Source: Eledone cirrhosa
Taxonomy: Eukaryota
DNA length: 64,000 bases
Assembly (NCBI GenBank): GCA_964016885.1
Contig: OZ024760.1
Location: forward strand, 1,488,001-1,552,000
Direction: 5' to 3'
Shown: piece by piece, positions 1 to 13,966 of the stretch
Position numbering within the stretch: position 1 is the stretch's first letter
How the letters are laid out: each line of letters opens with the position of its first letter
Made by a program: the position numbers and the translations under genes
Notes under the pieces: model-generated
The model's input: only the letters and a program-made list of their open reading frames with translations
Told to the model about the DNA's origin: nothing
Databases searched by the model: none

Positions 1-447
1 AGTAGTGTCAGCAGCAGTTGTAGTATTGGTGGTGGTGGTGGCTACAGTCGTAGTAGTAGTAGTAGTATTAGTAGTAGTGGTAGAAGTAGTAGTAGTGTCA
101 GCAGCAGTTGTAGTATTGGTGGTGGTGGTGGTGGCTGTAGTAGTAGTAGTAGTAGTAGTTACAGTAGTAGTAGTGTCAGCAGCAGTTGTAGTATTGGTGG
201 TGGCTACAGTCGTAGTAGTAGTAGTAGTAGTGGTAGTAGTAGTGGTAGTAGTAGCGGTAGTTACAGTAGTAGTGGTAGTAGTAACAATAGGTTTTCTAGA
301 TAACCACCACCACAACCACCACCACCAACACCTCCACCATTCTCAGAGTTGGAAAGAAAGTTAGGAAGTAGTTGATGGCTTCTCCTATTTTAGGCACCAT
401 GTCACCCAAGTTAGGGCGGACATCCTTCTGGCTTTGTCAGGAGATGG

Positions 448-1046
448 TTGTATGGGTGGCTGTGTGTATAGAAGTGTGTGAGTGTATATATATATGTGTG
501 TGTGTGTGTGTGTGGGTGGCTGTGTGTATAGAAGTGTGTGAGTGTATATATATGTGTATGTATAGAAGTGTGTGAGTGTATATATATATGTGTGTGTGTG
601 TGTATGGGTGGCTGTGTGTATAGAAGTGTGTGAGTGTATATATATATGTGTGTGTGTGTGTGTGTGGGTGGCTGTGTGTATAGAAGTGTGTGAGTGTATA
701 TATATGTGTATGTATAGAAGTGTGTGAGTGTATATATATATGTGTGTGTGTGTGTATGGGTGGCTGTGTGTATAGAAGTGTGTGAGTGTATATATGTGTG
801 TGTGTGTGTGTGTGGGTGGCTGTGTGTATAGAAGTGTGTGAGTGTATATATATGTGTATGTATAGAAGTGTGTGAGTGTATATATATATATGTGTGTGTG
901 TGTATGGGTGGCTGTGTGTATAGAAGTGTGTGAGTGTATATATATATGTGTGTGTGTGTGTGTATGGGTGGCTGTGTGTATAGAAGTGTGTGTGTGTATG
1001 GGTGGCTGTGTGTATAGAAGTGTGTGAGTGTATGGGTGGCTGTGTG

Positions 1047-1079
<33 letters not shown>

Positions 1080-1094
1080 ATCGGTGGCTGAGTG

Positions 1095-1131
<37 letters not shown>

Positions 1132-1198
1132 ATGGGTGGCTGAGTGTATAGAAGTTTGTGAGTGTATATGTGTGTGTGTGTGTATGGGTGGCTGTGTG

Positions 1199-1231
<33 letters not shown>

Positions 1232-1315
1232 ATGGGTGGCTGAGTGTATATATATATATGTGTGTGTGTGTATGGGTGGCTGAGTGTATATATATATGTG
1301 TGTGTGTGTGTGTGA
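448..1315. repeat. compound minisatellite (gggtggctgtgtgtatagaagtgtgtgagtg with TA/TG tracts)
   Basis: Reiterated units of about 60 and 45 bp. Confidence 0.9.
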
Positions 1316-1370
1316 CGTATGCATGCACGTGCCACTTTCATTTCTCTCTCTGTCATTCCTTCCTACTTAA

Positions 1371-1514
<144 letters not shown>

Positions 1515-1904
1515 CACATATATATATATGCATACATAGGTTTGAGTTTGTATGTATACATATATATATATATATATATATATATGGGTGTGTGTGTATT
1601 TGTGCATACACATACATACACATGTATGTATATATATATATATGCATGCAAACATATGTTTGAGTTTGTATGTATATGTATGTATACATATGTATATATA
1701 TGAACATATATATGTATGTATATATATATATGTATGTATGTATATGTATATACATATATATATATGTATGTATATGTATATATATATACATATGTGTGTG
1801 TATACACACATATATACACATGTATGTATAATTGCAAGTTAGCTCCATAATTTGTAAATGTTTATGAGATTTGTCAACCCAGTATGGTAGATTGCCTCCT
1901 GTTG

Positions 1905-2755
1905 TACTTCCACCACACTACCATCATACGCACCATACCACCACCACCATACACACACTACCACCACCATCATATACACCATACCACAACACCACCATAC
2001 CACCACCACCATACACACACTACCACCACCATCATACGCACCATACCACCACCATACACACACTACCACCACCATCATATACACCATACCACAACACCAC
2101 CATACCACCATCACCATACACACACTACCACCACCATCATATACACCATACCACCACCATACACACCATACCACCACCATACACACCATACCACCACCAT
2201 CATACACACCATACCACAACACCACCATCACCACCACCGTACACACACTACCACCATCACCCCACCACCATACTACCATCATACACACCATACCACAACA
2301 CCGCCATACCACCACCACCATACACACACTACCACCACCATCATACACACCATACCACCACCATACACACCATACCACCACCATCATACACACCATACCA
2401 CAACACCGCCATACCACCACCATCATACACACCATACACACCATACCACCACCATCATACACACCATACCACAACACCGCCATACCACCACCACCATACA
2501 CACACTACCACCACCATCATACACACCATACCACCACCATCATACACACCATACCACCATACACACACTACCACCACCATCATACACACCATACCACCAC
2601 CACCATACACACACTACCACCACCATCATACACACCATACCACCACCACCATACACACACTACCACCACCATCATACACACCATACCACCATCACCACCA
2701 CCATACACACACTACCACCATCACATCACCACCATACCATCACAACCACATCACT
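1905..2755. repeat. CAC/CATAC-rich minisatellite
   Basis: Reiterated caccataccaccaccatcatacac units. Confidence 0.9.
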
Positions 2756-2894
2756 CCCTCTTGTTGTTTTATCTCCACATACACCCCACCACCCTCTCTA
2801 CCACCACCACCACACCACTTTCATGTGGTTCCATCTCCTTCAGTTAATTGTTAGCACAAATATAAGCCATATGAAACTGTTTTTGTGTGTAGAT

Positions 2895-2948
<54 letters not shown>

Positions 2949-3131
2949 GTATATATATATATATGTGTGTGTGTGTATATATATATATATGTATGTATAT
3001 GTGTGTGTGTGTATATATATGTATATGTGTGTGTATATATATATGTATATGTGTGTGTGTATATATATATGTATGTATATGTGTGTGTGTATATATATAT
3101 GTATATGTATGTGTGTATATATATGTATGTA

Positions 3132-3168
<37 letters not shown>

Positions 3169-3351
3169 GTATGTATATATATATACATACACACATATAC
3201 ACAAATAGAAAATGTATTACTGAAAGCTCCAGCAAAGCATAGCTCTAGTCTACTCTAACATAATTTTCTACATAATGTATATATATATACACACATAGGA
3301 ACTTCTAATATATATATATATGTATATATATATACACATAGGAAGTTCTGC

Positions 3352-3391
3352 CTCTCTGAAGAGCCCTTCTGGATGAAACATGTGTAAGAGC
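3352..3391 (+). ncRNA. minimal type-I hammerhead ribozyme candidate
   Basis: ctct-CTGAAGA-gcccttctggat-GAAA-catgtGTA-agag: core motifs with a short ctct/agag-type stem I and a weak stem II, in a (TA)n-bounded module. Confidence 0.5.
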
Positions 3392-3443
3392 TATATAAAG
3401 GACTTATTTTAACGGCTTGAAACTCCTTCATTCATCCATTTGC

Positions 3444-3484
<41 letters not shown>

Positions 3485-3912
3485 CATCATCATCATCTTC
3501 GTTTAATGTCCATTTTTCACGCTAGCATGGGTTAGACGGGAGTTGTCCCAATTTGAGGCAAGGTTGGTCGGGTGACCATGTCTCGCTCATATAGGCCTAT
3601 CTGGCAGGTTTTATACGGCTGGATACCCTTCCTAACACCAACCACATTTACAGTGTTGAACTGTGAACTTTTTACCGTGTTACCTACACGGCCACATTAC
3701 AGCGTGGACTGTGTGTTTTTTGTTGTGACACCTACACAATCTCGATCTCATTATCTCATTTATTTGGACTGGATGTTGTGGTACCAACTTTATATATATA
3801 TTTGTGATAAGGAAATTTCTGTTGTATTATTTGCAAGTTGGTCACTGCAACTGTTTGTTGTGAAATTGTATCAGTGACACACACAAAAAAAAAATGGGAA
3901 TATATATATATA

Positions 3913-4207
3913 AGTAAAAGGAAAAGAAAATGGTGACAAATTTTTCCAGTGAAAAATAGTTTAATTAGGAATAAGTATAAATTAGTAATAGTATTGGTTA
4001 GTATTCAGTTTTGGTTTTAAGTTTTACCGGTTGCGCATTTCTAATGCTTTTCAAAAATAATTTTGAGATAGAGCGCCCGTGATGTTTGCTCTAATCTGAT
4101 TAGAACCGGTAAAAACTTAAAACTAAAACTGAATACTAACCAATACTTATTACTATAAACTATTTTTCACTGGGAAAAATTTGTCAGCATTTTCTTTTCC
4201 TTTTACT
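3913..4207. repeat. imperfect inverted repeat (arms of about 110-120 bp) between (TA)n tracts
   Basis: agtaaaaggaaaagaaaatg...accggtt and aaccggt...cattttcttttccttttact. A single-arm homologue lies at about 16415-16597. Confidence 0.88.
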
Positions 4208-4479
4208 AATATATCACAACTCGTGTGTTACACCTCTATTTTTTTTAAATATATATATGTATATATATATATATTTATGTTCCTTCACAGAACAAAAGTG
4301 CTAGTTAATGTTTCAAGGTCCAATATTGACCATATCTCCAGAATATAAGAAGGGTGGAAAATGTGACTAACCTTCAGGCACTTACACATACATACATACA
4401 CACGCATACATACATACATACATACATACACACATACACATGCATACATACATACATACATACATATATATGCAACACA

Positions 4480-5690
4480 CACATACATGGAAGAAGGAGC
4501 AAGAAGACAAAGAAAAGGAAAAAGAAAAAAAAGAAAAAACAAAGAGTGGCCACAAAGAGTCTTCAGGAGTACAGGGGGAGCTGAGGGCAACCACAAGTGA
4601 GACGGCCGGTACTGCAGTCAGGGAAGACAGGCCGGGTGGATAACAGGAATGTGGTAAAGATGAGACAATGAACCACCAGATGAAGAAGGGATCCCCAGCA
4701 GAAAGTGACCAGTGGACAACTGTCCAAGGTCAGAACAAAATAAGATGCCGAGACCCTAGGAAAAAGAAAACCCCCGGGGAACCAGCAAGTTCTTCAGAAA
4801 GGGGAATCTGCTGGCATGGAGATGCAGGGATAGAGAAGATTGGGAAACAACTGACCTGGCAACATAATTTTCAGAGCCAAAGTCACTCAAGACCACCACA
4901 ATCACAGGACCTAGAGTGGTCACCAATGACACCAACCCAAATACCATATCAACAACCATTGTTGACGCCTCAAATGTCACACCAGTGCTGCTGTTCAATG
5001 TCAAAGGCCTGGTGAAACTCACCAACATGAGTAAAATTCCCTACCTGAGAGACCTAGCCATAAGCAACATGCATGGCGCTAACTGAAATGCACCTGAAAA
5101 ACTAGCATAGCAGATGCGGGAATGTACATACCAAAGTATACTGTATTTCGTACTGAGAGTAGGGACAGAACTCATGGTGGAGTTGCTTTGTACATCCATG
5201 AAGATGTCACACCCATTGTACTGTTGACACATTCCAACTCAGTCTGTGACACACACTGATAGTACATGTAAAGCAACTGAAAGTGGTAATATGTGTCAAA
5301 TATCGGTCACCAGATGCCTCTAGTCATGAAGGTAATTTTGAAGATAGCTTCAGAAAGATGGAAGAAGTCCTTCCTTAACAATCTGGACCAGAGTCTCAAA
5401 GTACTGCTGCTGGGAGACTTTAACCTATCCACGGTCAAGTGTAACCCATCCACGGTCAAGTGGTCTGAGAGCCACCTCCTCTAAGGAATGACAGCACTCG
5501 GAGACAGACAGAATCCCTGCTGTACCTCACAAACAGGCTGTTCATGGAATAAGTAGTACTCCACCTAACAAGAAGTGAGAATGTCCTGGATCTCTGCTTT
5601 ACAAAGGTAAACAGTGACACCATTGTCAATACTCATGGGAAGCTTATTGACCTCACAAATGGTCCTACATCTGGCTTACATACTGCCCCC
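4480..5690 (+). mobile_element. degenerate CR1/L2-like LINE 5' part (ORF1 remnant and APE endonuclease)
   Basis: Frameshifted motifs LLFNVKGL (about 4990), VLLLGDFNL (about 5400) and TRSENVLDLCFT (about 5570), with several stops. Confidence 0.65.
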
Positions 5691-6282
5691 CCCCCCAAAA
5701 ACACTACAGAGAGTGTGTGTGTGTCTTTCTTTCTCTGTATGTGACTATACCATTTCTACTCTGTGTGTGTGTGTGTTTGTGTGTCTTATTCGTTCTGTGT
5801 GTGAATATACCATTTCTACTGTATGTATGTGTGTGTGTGTGTCTGTCTTATTCCTTCTGTGTACTTGAATATACAATTTCTATTGTGTATGTGTGTGTAA
5901 AGATGTTCTCTCTCTCACACACAATAGCTTCTGCCCTCAACTGATTTATATATAAAGTCTGTATTTTATCTTCATTGTTTATCATCTCTCTCTGTTCTGT
6001 GACTTAATTTAACAACACTACAAAAGAAAACATCTACTACTACTACTACTACTACTACTACTATTAATACTACCACCACGACTACTGCTACTACTACAAC
6101 TACTATTAATACTACCACCACTACTACTACTATACCAACTAAAAGACTGTAATATCTCTTCTGATGACATGTTTAACTAACAACAACAACAACAGTACTA
6201 CAGAAGACAAAGCTTCTCCCTCTCTCCCGCTCTCTTCGCCATCTTGTATTTATTGTTGTTTTAAAGTTAGTCTGTGTGTATG

Positions 6283-6316
<34 letters not shown>

Positions 6317-7059
6317 GTATATCTGTTGTGTGTGTCTATATATATGTGTGTGTATGTGTGGTGTATGTGTTATATGTGTGTGTATAACAGTGGTCCATAA
6401 ATCACTGTTCTCTGTATGACATGAAGTGGGTGAGGGGACTTACTGGCTTTTTAGTAGAGGTGGACATGGTTTATAAAATTAGTGGTTCTCTCTCTCTATC
6501 TATCTATCTATCTATCTGTCTTCTCTATTTGTTCATTGGCTTTCTTCCCTTCTTTTCACCTCTCTCTCTCTCTCTCCTCATCACTTCCACACATTGTCCA
6601 ATAAGCTGTGAATATACACACACATGCTTGTTCCACAATAACACAGGAGAGCTGCTGCATAAAGGGGAGGTGATTGGCACAACAACACACACACATATAC
6701 ATACAAGCATGCTCTCACATTCACACATTGTCACATACACACACACACACACACACAAACACATCCAGTCACACTTACAGACACAATATGATACACACAC
6801 AGCTGTAAGAAGAATTATCCCAGTAATTTATCCAATAAAAACTTTCACCATCTCCTCATCTTTAATATCCCTCCTCTTCCATCATTCCATATAAGGTAAA
6901 TCCATGGCGTGTAAGACCCATCATTCCATAAATGGTAGTAGTCAGTAGTTCACAGCTTTAAGAAGACATTTATTAAACACTGGCCAATCTGCTCTTAATG
7001 TTGGTTCTTTTCCTTGGCAGGACACAAATCATATTATATCTTAGCCTAGTTTGTATTAA

Positions 7060-7686
7060 GAGCTCTTATGTGTTCAAGATGCTGGACCAATCAACTTTAA
7101 CCATTGGTCTCTAAAGTCCAGGAGCTTTAACTATTGGTCTCTATCTGACTAAAGTCCAAGATACTGGACCAATCAGCTTTCACCATTGGTCTCCATCTGA
7201 ACAAAGTCCAAGATACCTGGACCAATCAGCTTTAAACCTTTAGCATTTAAACCGGCCAGAATTCTCTCACTCATTCTGTTCAAATTGGCTAAAACCGGCC
7301 GCTTATACTTATGTTAAGGCATTGTTCTCAAAATAAATAATATCAAAATTTCATAGATTCGATGTTATGTGAGGTAATTATCTAAGATAAAGCTTTTACT
7401 ATGAAAATACAATAGTAAAAATAGTGTAATGTAAATGCTAAAGGGTTAACCATTGGTCTTTATCTGAACAAAGTCCAAGATACTGGACCAATTAGCTTTA
7501 ACCATTGGTCTCTATCTGAACAAAGTCCTAGATACTGGACCAATCAGCTTTAACCATTGGTCTCTATCTGAACAAAGTCCTAGATACTGGACCAATCAGC
7601 TTTAACCATTGGTTGCTATCTGAACAAAGTCCTAGATACTGGACCAATCAGCTTTAACCATTGGTTGCTATCTGAACAAAGTCCTA
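7060..7686. repeat. 52-bp minisatellite interrupted by a piggyBac-like MITE
   Basis: Unit aaagtcctagatactggaccaatcagctttaaccattggtctctatctgaac, about 7-8 copies. Confidence 0.9.
7234..7449 (-). mobile_element. piggyBac-like TTAA MITE of about 220 bp
   Basis: Ends are ttaa(a)cctttagcattta and taaatgctaaagggttaa. It interrupts the 52-bp minisatellite. Confidence 0.75.
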
Positions 7687-8599
7687 TATTAGCATCATTT
7701 TCACCCCGTAGTTTACAGTGTTATGGTGATATTAAACATTGGCTGATAAGGCAGTGAATTGGCAGAGTCGTTGAGACATCAGATAGAATGCTTTACGGTA
7801 TTCATCTCACCTCAGTGCGTGTTCTGAGTTCAAATCTCACCCCGTGGTCAACTTTGCCTTTCATCCTTTCGAGGCTGATAAAAAAGTACCAGTCCAGTAC
7901 TGGGGTCGATTCTTCCTCTATAGAAAAATTAGCTCTGTTCAGACCTGGAGAGGGTTGGGCCCCGCCAGATTTAGAAGTGCCCTAGACACACCGTATTACA
8001 GTGCCTCCACAACTCCACAAGGAGTTATGGGATCTTTATCCTTAAACATTGCCTGATCTGCTCTTAATGTTTTGTTTTTTGTTCTTTTCCTTAGCAGGTC
8101 ACAAATTTCAATTAGTTAATGAGGGATTGTGAGGGATTTACTAAAATTATCAATTATTTCATTACTAGGATTAGAAGATTTTAATTAAATAGGAAACTTT
8201 TAAAATTTAGGTGGTTTGTTTAACCAAGGGCGGTTTCAGGTGGTTTGGTAGTACCGGAGGTGGTTTTCTGGTGGTTTGGTGAACCAGAGATGGCTGTGCC
8301 TAAATCAGAAACCATTATTATTATTATTATCCAGCATAGTTACGTCCCTTTACGATCTGAGTTCAAATCCCGCCGAGGTTGACTTTGCCTTTCATCCTTA
8401 CGGGGTCGATAAAATAAAGTACCAGTAATGCACTGGGTAATTGCTGGCCTTGTGCCTAAAGTAGAAACAATTATTATTATTATCATTAATTTTTTTTTTT
8501 TGTTATATTTTTATTTTCTTTACCTCAGCTCTATTTCCAATTTTTACTTTACATTTTTCAAAACATAACACCATTTCCATTATTACAAAACATAACATA

Positions 8600-8788
8600 G
8601 GGCGATGGATTGGCAGTATCGGTAGAGGGTCGGACGCCATGCTTTCCAGCATAGTTACGTCCCTTTACGATCTGAGTTCAAATCCTGCCGAAGTTAACTT
8701 TGCCTTTTATCCTTCGATAAAATAAAGTACCAGTACCAGTAATACACTGGGATAATTGCTGGCTTTGTGCCAAAAGTAGAAACAATTA
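8600..8788 (+). mobile_element. tRNA-derived SINE family A (representative copy)
   Basis: A-box tggcagtatcggtag, B-box gagttcaaatcc and body gcctttcatccttacggggtcgataaaataaagtaccagt (resembles the Meta-SINE central domain, from memory). Other copies at about 7741-7910, 8331-8470, 31612-31800, 32970-33243, 48077-48290, 57700-57905(-) and 58235-58333(-). Confidence 0.8.
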
Positions 8789-8872
8789 TATATATATATA
8801 TATATACATACATATGAACTTTTGTTTTCTTTGTGGTTTTTCATCTTGGTTTTCTTTTAATCCCTATTTCAG

Positions 8873-8928
8873 GCCCTGGCTCCAGCATCACCAATCCCAC
8901 ATCAGGTCTCGGCTATACTTCACAACAG
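8873..8928 (+). CDS. eya: eyes absent homologue, internal coding exon (phase 1 to 0), (G)PGSSITNPTSGLGYTSQQ
   Basis: Long pyrimidine tract plus tttcAG acceptor at 8871-8872 and CAG|gttagt donor at 8929. The 56-nt exon ends in phase 0 and joins the next exon in frame. The ...TSQQ|NLDAYPSY junction parallels vertebrate EYA1 ...SQQ|DYPSY. Confidence 0.78.
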
Positions 8929-9093
8929 GTTAGTACAGAAACATTTGGCAGCTCCAGACTATAGTCTGACTGAATCCACAGCTATACCTGTAATTCAATG
9001 GGCAATAATAATTTTTTTTTTTTTTCCCATTTTTTTCTATATTTTTTCTCAAAGCTTTAGCCTTTTCATGATATATATATAATACATATATAT

Positions 9094-9157
<64 letters not shown>

Positions 9158-9287
9158 CATATATATATATATTTAAAAATATATATATATATATAAAATA
9201 TATATATATACATATATATACATAATATATATATATACATACATAATATATATATATACATACATATATATATATAATATATATATA

Positions 9288-9321
<34 letters not shown>

Positions 9322-9351
9322 TAAAATATATATATACATACATATATATAT

Positions 9352-9810
9352 ATCATCATCATCATCATCACCGTTTTACGTCCGTTCTTCCACGCTAGCA
9401 TGGGTTAGACGGGTTGTCCTGTTGTGGGCAGTGTCTGGTCGGCTGACCATGCCTTGCTCATACAGGAACTGATCTGGCTTGATTTCTACAGCTGGATGCC
9501 CTTCCTAACACCAACCTCATTTACAGTGAGTGCTGGGTGCTTTTTCGTGGCGCCTACACGTCCACTTTACAGTGTGGGCTGGGTGCTTTTTTGCCGTGGC
9601 ACCTCCACGACCACCTTGCGGTGGGGGGGGGGGGGCATGTTGTTTATATGCTTCAGCATGTACCCATGGGAGGTCGGGTACCCTGTATTACTGCGTGACG
9701 CCAGAAGTCACGGTCGTGTGTCATTGACTTTGAGAGGTGTAGTTGGGTAAGGTCGGCTTTTATCACCTCATCCCAAGTCATCTTGGGTTTATCACCTCAT
9801 CCCAAGTCAT
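9352..9810 (-). mobile_element. RTE-type 3' tail element ending in (GAT)n on the minus strand
   Basis: (CAT)n then cgttttacgtccgttcttccacgctagcatggg...ggatgcccttcctaacacc. It shares its tail with SINE B. Related copies at about 3480-3730(-), 15110-15225(-), 18640-18735, 37972-38112(-) and 38135-38480(+). Confidence 0.7.
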
Positions 9811-9811
9811 C

Positions 9812-9854
9812 GTATGTATATATATATATATACATACATGTATATATATATATA

Positions 9855-9901
<47 letters not shown>

Positions 9902-9911
9902 TATATATATA

Positions 9912-9960
<49 letters not shown>

Positions 9961-10015
9961 TATACATACATATATATATTATATATATATATATATACAT
10001 ACATATATATATAAA

Positions 10016-10062
<47 letters not shown>

Positions 10063-10095
10063 CATACATATATATATACATATATATATAAATGA

Positions 10096-10128
<33 letters not shown>

Positions 10129-10140
10129 AAATATATATAT

Positions 10141-10172
<32 letters not shown>

Positions 10173-10227
10173 AAATATATATATATACCTACATATATAT
10201 ATATAAAATATACATATATACATACAT

Positions 10228-10261
<34 letters not shown>

Positions 10262-10610
10262 AAATATATATATATACATACATATATACATACATATATA
10301 TATATAAAATATATATATATACATACATATATATACATATATACATACATATATATATATAAAATATATATAAAATATACATACATATATATATATAAAA
10401 TATATATATATATATATAAAATATACATATATATATATAAAATATATATATATAAAATATACATATATATATATATAAAATATATATATATATATAAAAT
10501 ATATATATATATATATAAAATATATATATATATAAAATATATATATATATATATATATAAAATATACATATGTATATATATAAATATATATATATATATA
10601 AAATATACAT

Positions 10611-10647
<37 letters not shown>

Positions 10648-10657
10648 AAATATACAT

Positions 10658-10690
<33 letters not shown>

Positions 10691-10853
10691 AAATATACAT
10701 ATATATATATATATAAAATATATATATATACATACATATATATATATATAAAATATACATATATACATATATATATATATATAAAATATATATATAAAAT
10801 ATACATATATATATATATATATACGTACATATATATATATAAAATACACATAT

Positions 10854-10895
<42 letters not shown>

Positions 10896-10896
10896 C

Positions 10897-10930
<34 letters not shown>

Positions 10931-11110
10931 AAAATATATATATATACATACATATATATACATATATATATATAAAATATATATATACATACATATATAT
11001 ATATATAAAATATACATATATACATATATATATATATATAAAATATATATATAAAATATACATATATATATATATATATACGTACATATATATATATAAA
11101 ATACACATAT

Positions 11111-11152
<42 letters not shown>

Positions 11153-11153
11153 C

Positions 11154-11187
<34 letters not shown>

Positions 11188-11233
11188 AAAATATATATAT
11201 ATACATACATATATATACATATATATATATAAA

Positions 11234-11268
<35 letters not shown>

Positions 11269-11542
11269 AAATATACATATATATATATATATATATATAA
11301 AATATATATATATATATATATAAAATATATATATATATATATAACATATATATATATATATATATAAAATATACATATATATATATAAAATATATATATA
11401 TATAAAATATATATATATATAAAATATATATATATATATATAAAATATATATATATATATAAAATATATATATATATAAAATATATATATATATATATAT
11501 AAAATATATATATATATATAAAATATATATATATATAAAATA
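9812..11542. repeat. about 1.7-kb (TA)n tract with a higher-order internal duplication
   Basis: Almost pure TA with taaaa/taca interruptions. The block containing acgtac...aaaatacaca recurs at about 10820 and 11080. Confidence 0.95.
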
Positions 11543-11730
11543 TGGAAAGTTATATTTAAATTGTTGGGTTAGCAACGAGTAAATATTTATAACTGATATA
11601 AAAGCACTCAACAAGTATTTGGAGTATATTTATGATATTAAATAAATGGAAACTGCCAAATCAACTTCCCTAATGCAAGTCGATTGAAAGGTATGTCATA
11701 TCTATTTATTTATAAGACTGTTTATATTGT

Positions 11731-11794
11731 ATTTTGTCTGATGAAGGCATAACATATTGTTAATATGATATCCCTGAAATATATATAATGAAAT
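11731..11794 (+). ncRNA. type-I hammerhead ribozyme (PLE pseudo-LTR type)
   Basis: attttgt-CTGATGA-agg...cct-GAAA-tatata-TA-atgaaat. Stem I pairs with GU wobbles; stem II is internal agg.ata.catatt/aatatg.tat.cct. Confidence 0.7.
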
Positions 11795-11856
11795 AAATAT
11801 GGTTTTATAAATATAGTTTCCATTTATTTAATATCATATATATATAAAATATATAT

Positions 11857-11926
<70 letters not shown>

Positions 11927-11973
11927 ATATATATATATATATATATATAAATATATATATATAACATATATAT

Positions 11974-12012
<39 letters not shown>

Positions 12013-12212
12013 ATTATAATAAATAAATATATATATATATATATTTACATACACATATATAGATAGATTGATGTAATTGTAGCACAGTGGTCTGGATAAC
12101 CAAAGATGTGGGTTCAACTCCCATGTACGTCAATACTCATCCTTCTATATTCAGAGGGTTTTTAAAAATCCCCGCTATCTGACTAATTTCTTTAGATAAA
12201 ATCAAGCGTAAC

Positions 12213-12440
12213 TTACCCCTTTAGTATTTACATTATTCTGTGTTTACTGTTGTATTTTCACAGTAAAGGGCTTTACTCACATAATTATCTAACATAATGT
12301 CGAATTTACAAGATTTTCATGATAATATTTTGTGAACAATACCTTAACATAAGTATGAGTAGCTGGTTACAGCTGGTTTGAACAAAAAGAGGTGAGATAA
12401 TTGTGACTGGATATGGCGAATTTAAATGCTAAATGGTTAA
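12213..12440 (+). mobile_element. piggyBac-like TTAA MITE copy just upstream of an eya exon
   Basis: ccctttagtatttacatta...aatgctaaatggttaa. The same family occurs at 19852-20064, 20318-20535, 20858-21079, 23607-23782 and 55363-55578. Confidence 0.7.
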
Positions 12441-12510
12441 ATTTCTTCTTTATACTTTCATATATATTCCATTGTATTAATTTTTCCTTCCTTTTTTTTT
12501 TCAATTGTAG

Positions 12511-12667
12511 AATTTAGATGCTTATCCTTCATACCAAGGTTACCAGCCTGGTTATTACAGTGGGTATGGGTTCATAAGCAACCAGTCTGTAGTGGGTGTG
12601 ACGACACCAACAACAGTGCCTTCAAACACACCCACTTACCAACTTGTGGAGTTACCACAACCCCAGA
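12511..12667 (+). CDS. eya: eyes absent homologue, internal coding exon (phase 0 to 1), NLDAYPSYQGYQPGYYSGYGFISNQSVVGVTTPTTVPSNTPTYQLVELPQPQ
   Basis: Poly-T tract plus ttgtAG acceptor and A|gtgagt donor; 157 nt open. The Tyr-rich YPSY...YY...TYQL.E.P pattern matches the EYA N-terminal region. Confidence 0.85.
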
Positions 12668-12672
12668 GTGAG

Positions 12673-12709
<37 letters not shown>

Positions 12710-12774
12710 ATGAAATGTAGTCATACTAACATAAATGACTATAATGATAGTTTTAAAAATGGGTAAAGTACAAC

Positions 12775-12814
<40 letters not shown>

Positions 12815-12823
<9 letters not shown>

Positions 12824-13077
12824 CAGATTAAAGTTTAAGCAAAGAATCACTGCTTTCACCCTTAACGGGATCTTCTGAAACTAACAAAGTCAATCTGTAA
12901 ACGCAGAAGTGGATATTTCAAAAAACGAACCAAAGTATCGTCTTCCTGTCTTCCTCCGGTTGCAACGTTTTTTGAAATATTCACTTCTGCGTTTACAGAT
13001 TGACTTTGTTAGTTTCAGAAGATCCCGTTAAGGGTGAAAGCAGCGATTCTTTGCTTAAACTTTAATCTGTTATTTTA
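12815..13077. repeat. inverted repeat with arms of about 110 bp and a loop of about 38 nt
   Basis: aaataacagattaaagtttaagc...aaaaacg and cgtttttt...gcttaaactttaatctgttatttt. A single-arm homologue lies at about 39725-39875. Confidence 0.92.
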
Positions 13078-13171
13078 ATAAATATTTGCTCTACGGTTCT
13101 TATATATTTGATATATATTTATCCTTATCGAGCCCTCTTTGGATTTTAGTCTTCAAATTTATTATTATTAC

Positions 13172-13204
<33 letters not shown>

Positions 13205-13709
13205 ATTGTTTCTACTTTCGGCACAAGGCCAGCAATTATCCAGTACATTACTGGTACTTCATACTGGGTAATTGCTGGCCTTGTGCCGAAAGTAGAATTA
13301 TATACAATGTAGATATGTATGTATGTATGTATGTATGTACATATAGATATATGCATGTACATACATATGTATGTACATATATACATATGTATGTACGTAT
13401 ATATGTATGTATGTATAGATATATATGTATGTATATATATATACATACACTTGAAATCTATTTGCTTTTCTTATGAGAAGTTACCGCAAAGCATATATTA
13501 ACTACGTAATTGTCATATAAGTTGGGTAAATAAAATTATCCTTGAGGACAGAGACACCTGCAAGAATCAGACCGAGCATCTGCCCTATATATTTGACTCT
13601 TTATAGTTAATATTTGCATTGGGTCAGCTTTTCATTCGGAACGCAAATAGATTGCAAATTTTCAAACTTACCCAATATCTTGTTTGTAAACTTATATGTT
13701 ATATATATT

Positions 13710-13776
<67 letters not shown>

Positions 13777-13877
13777 CATACATTATATAAATATATATAT
13801 ATTACATACATTATATATATAATAGTAATATATAAGGGAAGAAAGAATCACCATTACATCATATACATATTTAATTA

Positions 13878-13966
13878 CATATTACATATGTTTCATTGTC
13901 AATCAGCTCGAGGATTGATCAGTTAATGATTGGACCTAACTCTGGGCTCAGAAGCTCCTCAGATAT
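13878..13966 (-). ncRNA. hammerhead ribozyme candidate with an irregular stem II
   Basis: The minus strand reads atat-CTGAGGA-(59 nt)-GAAA-catatG-TA-atat, with a perfect palindromic stem III (ACATATGT) but poor stem II closure. Confidence 0.4.

Noticed and set aside
6161-6185. Isolated CTGATGA
   Set aside because: No downstream stem II or GAAA.
9797-11614. Long YI-repeat ORFs here and similar ORFs across the window
   Set aside because: These are translations of (TA)n/(CA)n microsatellites.
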